Assembly: GCA_964575955.1 (NCBI GenBank)
Contig: CAZNTG010000007.1
Coordinates: 65,277 to 129,276, forward strand
Direction: 5' to 3'
DNA from: an uncultured Thermoproteaceae archaeon
GTDB taxonomy: Archaea; Thermoproteota; Thermoprotei; Thermoproteales; Thermocladiaceae
Length of the DNA: 64,000 nt
The notes under the pieces are model-generated. The model had not been told where the DNA came from. It ran no database searches and saw nothing but the letters and a program-made list of their open reading frames with translations. A program made the position numbers and the translations under genes. Below are positions 59,742 to 64,000 of this stretch, piece by piece (position 1 is the stretch's first letter; every line of letters starts with the position of its first letter).

Positions 59742-61418
59742 GTGCCTGTAATATCATTCACAAAGTGGGATTTGGAGAGGCTAGTTGGTGAGAAGTTGAG
59801 TGAAGATGAGTTGAAGAGACTACTTTCAAATCTCAAAGGTGAGATAGAGAAGATTGAGGATGAATGTATAGAGATGGAGATTACTCACGATAGACCAGAC
59901 ATGTTCTCTGTAGAGGGAATTGCAAGAACTTTAAAAGGTATTTTAGAAATTGAGATCGGTCCTCCAAAAGTTGATGTAAAATTTGGAACATATGTCATGT
60001 ATGTTGACTATGTTCCATGGAGAAGATTTGTAGTAACTAGTATTGTTAGAGATGTTGTACTAGATGATGAAGCTATTAGACAACTAATGCAACTACAGGA
60101 AAAACTTCATCAAACATATGGTAGAGATAGAAGAGTAGTAGCTATCGGACTCTATGATGCTGATTTAATAAAATTTCCAATAAGATATACATCTAGAAAT
60201 GTAGATTCTGTAAGATATAGACCACTAGGATATGATAGATATATGTCAGGTAGAGAAGTTTTGAAAGAAACTGAGAAAGGTCAAAAGTATGGATATATAG
60301 CTCTTGGAGAAGGTAATAAAGTTCCAATCATACTAGATTCAGAAGATAACTGTCTAGTAATAATACCAATATTAAATTCTGATGATTATAAAGTTACTGA
60401 AAATACTAAAAATATAATGATTGACATTACAGGAACAGACTTGAGAAGAGTATTAGACGTATATAAGGTAGTTATATACAACGTATTAGAGAGAAGTAGA
60501 AGTAAGATTATTGAAATACCGAAAATAATATTTTCAGAAGAAGTACCAAACTACAGTAAGGATGTTGAAAGTTCTTTTGAATTTCAAACATATAGTATTA
60601 GTAGTTATGAGGTATATGATATATCTGGTGTAGATTTAAAAGATGAAGATATAGTAAAACTACTATTAAAATCTAGATATGGTGTTGATATTAGTAATGG
60701 TATTATAAATGTTAAAGTTCCTCCATATAGAATAAATGTTCTACATAAGGTAGATATAATTGAAGATGTATTAATAATGTATGGTTATGATAATATTGTT
60801 AGAGAATTACCAACACAGCCAACACATGGTAGAGTTAGTATAATTACAAGAATTGTAGATTGTATTAGAAATATTTTGAGAGGTATGATGTTTTATGAAG
60901 TTATGACATATGTTATGACTAGTAGAAGACTTTTAGAATTATGTGAACAGGAAGGTATTATTGAAGTTTTAAATCCAAAATCCGAACTATATAATTGTGT
61001 TAGAACTAGCATATGGCCACAACTTCTAGATTTCATAATTAGTAATGAAGCTAGAGCAAGATCAGGATTTAAGATATTTGATATTGGTGATGTAGCATGG
61101 CATTCTAATGGAAAAGTATTTCAAGATATTCATCTTGGAATTGCAATAACAGGTAGAGAAGTAACATTAACAGACATGTTAACAACATTGAGAACACTCT
61201 TCAAACTACTATCAATAGATCCAAAATATGTTAAATCAAATATTAGAGGTCTAATTCCAGAAAGAACAGCATTAATATACGATAAGTATAGTGAAGTAGA
61301 GATTGGGTATGTTGGTGAAGTTCATCCAAAAGTTTTAACAAGTTTAGAATATTATAATCCTGTCGTAATAGCAGAAATATCAATAACAAAAATACAGGAA
61401 GTACTATCTAGAAGATGA
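59742..61418 (+). CDS. pheT: Phenylalanyl-tRNA synthetase beta subunit
   Basis: DRPDMFSVEGIAR, QEKLHQTYGR, PPYRINVLHKVDIIED, GEVHP. Confidence 0.95.
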   Translation: MPVISFTKWDLERLVGEKLSEDELKRLLSNLKGEIEKIEDECIEMEITHDRPDMFSVEGIARTLKGILEIEIGPPKVDVKFGTYVMYVDYVPWRRFVVTSIVRDVVLDDEAIRQLMQLQEKLHQTYGRDRRVVAIGLYDADLIKFPIRYTSRNVDSVRYRPLGYDRYMSGREVLKETEKGQKYGYIALGEGNKVPIILDSEDNCLVIIPILNSDDYKVTENTKNIMIDITGTDLRRVLDVYKVVIYNVLERSRSKIIEIPKIIFSEEVPNYSKDVESSFEFQTYSISSYEVYDISGVDLKDEDIVKLLLKSRYGVDISNGIINVKVPPYRINVLHKVDIIEDVLIMYGYDNIVRELPTQPTHGRVSIITRIVDCIRNILRGMMFYEVMTYVMTSRRLLELCEQEGIIEVLNPKSELYNCVRTSIWPQLLDFIISNEARARSGFKIFDIGDVAWHSNGKVFQDIHLGIAITGREVTLTDMLTTLRTLFKLLSIDPKYVKSNIRGLIPERTALIYDKYSEVEIGYVGEVHPKVLTSLEYYNPVVIAEISITKIQEVLSRR

Positions 61419-62260
61419 TAGTCCTATTCTTCTCAAATGTAGATAAATTTTCAAAAAATGTATTTACAAGTATTAAAGATAAGCTTAACAGTATTGAAGA
61501 TAGTTTAACATATTCAATATACACGTATGGAGATACGTATGTAGTATATTTAAAAGATATAGATCTACCACTTGTAGATAGAGAAACTTTAGAGAAGATA
61601 ATACAGAAAATTGATACTAGTAGAAGTTTGAGAATAATATTCATTAGTCGTCATGAGATGAAAAATCCAAAACCATTACTAACAGTACATACTAGTGGTA
61701 ACTGGTCTAAAGCTGAGTATGGTGGTTATGATTATGAAATTTCTATAAGTAATGCATGTTTAAATTCGAACATTTTAAGAATGTTAAACAAGCTTGCTCA
61801 AGAAAATTCACTATTAGATAAGTACTCTATAAGTATGGAAGCAACACATCACGGACCATCTATAGATTATGAATCATGTTTTATAGAAGTTGGATCAACA
61901 ATAGAAGAGTGGTCTGATATTAGATGTATAAAGATATTTCAATACTTGATAGAAGATATTGTACAAAACTATGAAAAATATTTGAAGAAGGTAGGTAAAA
62001 TTTCTATATCAATAGGAGATTTACACTACTGCACACTTACAAATCATGTACTTTCAGGTGAGTATGATATTGGACATACAATACCTAAGTATATTGAAAA
62101 TATTATAGAGAAGAATATTGTTGATAGTATATTAAAAACAAGACCAGATGTTGAATGTGTTATAATACATTGGAAATCTTTGAAGAAAGATGTTAGAGAG
62201 TTTGTGATAAATATTGTAAAATCTAGATTTCCAAATATTGAAATTATAAAACGTAAGTAG
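61415..62260 (+). CDS. dtdA: D-aminoacyl-tRNA deacylase (archaeal DTD2)
   Basis: FISRH, LTVHTSGNW, EATHHGP, FIEVGST, GHTIPKY. Confidence 0.9.
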   Translation: MIVLFFSNVDKFSKNVFTSIKDKLNSIEDSLTYSIYTYGDTYVVYLKDIDLPLVDRETLEKIIQKIDTSRSLRIIFISRHEMKNPKPLLTVHTSGNWSKAEYGGYDYEISISNACLNSNILRMLNKLAQENSLLDKYSISMEATHHGPSIDYESCFIEVGSTIEEWSDIRCIKIFQYLIEDIVQNYEKYLKKVGKISISIGDLHYCTLTNHVLSGEYDIGHTIPKYIENIIEKNIVDSILKTRPDVECVIIHWKSLKKDVREFVINIVKSRFPNIEIIKRK

Positions 62261-62298
62261 TCTATACGTTAAATATTAAAGTTCTCTATCTATGCTTT

Positions 62299-64000
62299 TC
62301 ATCCTCCCATTATTACTCTTCTTAATTCTCTCGCCATCTCTTCATACCTTCTAACCTGTTCTGGTGATAGTGATGGTTGTACTCTTCTTAATGCTTCTTC
62401 GAAGTGTCTTTTCTCTACTGGTTTTAGTGTTCCTGACTTTATAGATTCTCTAAGTGCTAACATTGCTGCTTCTCTTACAAGTGCTGCTAAGTCAGCACCT
62501 GTGTAGTATTCTGTTCTTTTAGCTAGCTCTCTCAAGTATTTGTAATCTCCATCTTTAATTTCATCAGCTACCTTAATCTTCTTTACATGTACTTTCAATA
62601 TTTCAAATCTTGCTTCTTCATCTGGTGGTGGTATGTATATTATTCTGTCGAATCTTCCTGGTCTTAGTAATGCTGGGTCTAATATGTCTGGTCTATTTGT
62701 TGCCGCAATAACGACAACATTCTTTAATGGTGCTATACCGTCAAGCTCTGCAAGTAGCTGATTTACAATTCTGTCAGTTACACCACTAGTATCATGTCTA
62801 AGTCCTCTTGCTGGTGCTATTGCGTCTATCTCATCGAAGAATACTACGCATGGTGCTGCCATACGAGCCTTCTTGAAGATCTCTCTTATAGCTCTCTCAG
62901 ATTCTCCAACCCACTTACTCAATATTTCTGGTCCCCTTATAGCTACGAAGTTTGCACCACTCTCAGTAGCAACAGCCTTAGCCAACAACGTCTTACCACA
63001 ACCAGGAGGACCAAAGAGTAGTATTCCCTTTGGTGGTTCTACACCTAGTTCTTCGAAGTATTTTGGATATTTTAATGGCCATTCAACAACTTCACGTAGC
63101 TCCTGCTTAACCTGTTCATAACCTCCAATATCATCCCAATGTACTTCTGGTACCTCTATAATTACCTCTCTTAGAACTGTTGGTTGTACATACTTTAATG
63201 CTTCCATGAAGTCTGACATTCCTATCTTAATCTTCTGTAGTTGGTCTGGTGGTACTTCAGGTTGTTCAATATCTATCTCCTTTCTCTCAATAGCTTTCCT
63301 AAGTCTAATCATTGCTGCTTCTTTCACAAGTGCTGCTAGGTCTGCTCCTGTGTATCCATGTGTCATCTCTGCAAGTTTATCTAGATCAACTTCATCACCT
63401 TCAGCACATATCTTCTTTTCAACATCCTCCTTAGTGCATAGTGGCACATTTCTAGTATGTACTGCCAATATCTCCTTTCTAGCACGCTTATCAGGCATTC
63501 CAATATAGATCTCTCTGTCGAATCTTCCTGGTCTTCTTAGTGCTGGGTCTACTGCTTCTGGTCTGTTTGTTGCTCCTATGACTATTACTTGTCCTCTTTC
63601 TTGCAATCCATCCATCAAAGTCAATAACTGCGCAACTACACGCTTTTCAACTTCTCCAGTAACCTCATCTCTCTTGGGTGCTATTGCGTCTATCTCATCT
63701 ATGAATATTATTGCTGGAGCATTCTTCTTAGCTTCTTCAAAAATTTCTCTCAACCTAGCCTCAGACTCACCATAGTACTTACTCATTATCTCTGGACCGT
63801 TGATATGTATGAAGTATGCGTTAGCCTCGTTAGCTACTGCCTTTGCTAGTAATGTTTTTCCACATCCTGGTGGTCCGTATAGAAGTATTCCTTTCGGAGG
63901 TTCAATTCCCAAATGCTTAAAAATCTCAGGATGACGAAGAGGAAGCTCAACCAACTCACGAATCTTCTGCTTAGCCTCCTCCAAATCACCAATATCCTCC
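62299..64000 (-). CDS. cdc48: CDC48/VCP AAA+ ATPase (N-terminus beyond right edge)
   Basis: Two AAA modules GPPGCGKT / DEID / RPGRFDR; frame stays open to the window end. Confidence 0.96.
   Translation of the reverse strand, partial: EDIGDLEEAKQKIRELVELPLRHPEIFKHLGIEPPKGILLYGPPGCGKTLLAKAVANEANAYFIHINGPEIMSKYYGESEARLREIFEEAKKNAPAIIFIDEIDAIAPKRDEVTGEVEKRVVAQLLTLMDGLQERGQVIVIGATNRPEAVDPALRRPGRFDREIYIGMPDKRARKEILAVHTRNVPLCTKEDVEKKICAEGDEVDLDKLAEMTHGYTGADLAALVKEAAMIRLRKAIERKEIDIEQPEVPPDQLQKIKIGMSDFMEALKYVQPTVLREVIIEVPEVHWDDIGGYEQVKQELREVVEWPLKYPKYFEELGVEPPKGILLFGPPGCGKTLLAKAVATESGANFVAIRGPEILSKWVGESERAIREIFKKARMAAPCVVFFDEIDAIAPARGLRHDTSGVTDRIVNQLLAELDGIAPLKNVVVIAATNRPDILDPALLRPGRFDRIIYIPPPDEEARFEILKVHVKKIKVADEIKDGDYKYLRELAKRTEYYTGADLAALVREAAMLALRESIKSGTLKPVEKRHFEEALRRVQPSLSPEQVRRYEEMARELRRVIMGG

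Noticed and set aside
1-64000. CRISPR array, rRNA, inteins, tRNA introns
   Set aside because: None seen; RFC, RpoA' and the visible part of Cdc48 show no insertions

Overview
Low-GC archaeal chromosome segment. Elf1, L13e, a split RpoA', TFB, nurA-herA-mre11-rad50 and a Ced/Ted-like membrane protein point to Thermoproteota (Crenarchaeota), probably Thermoprotei. Most of it is housekeeping: phosphate and branched-chain amino acid ABC parts, argG, aroAD, thiDN, GGGPS, rpoA', elp3, ksgA, carB, pdxT, rfcS, tfb, rpl4/23/13e, hisC, pheT and cdc48. It has four intron-less tRNAs and several guide RNAs read directly from the sequence: six clear box C/D sRNAs, one split C/D sRNA and one H/ACA sRNA. An accessory stretch at about 50.4-56 kb holds a frameshifted ATPase-nuclease pair and the most striking item, a 1.6-kb transposase-less TnpB element inserted into a box C/D sRNA gene. 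Its ends can be reconstructed on the minus strand (TTTAT|...TCAG|). Its Zn-finger-less tnpB runs opposite to the element. A structured omega-RNA-like gene lies upstream of tnpB, divergently transcribed from its own promoter, beside a small AbrB-like gene and operator-like repeats. All calls are by eye from motifs; no searches were run.
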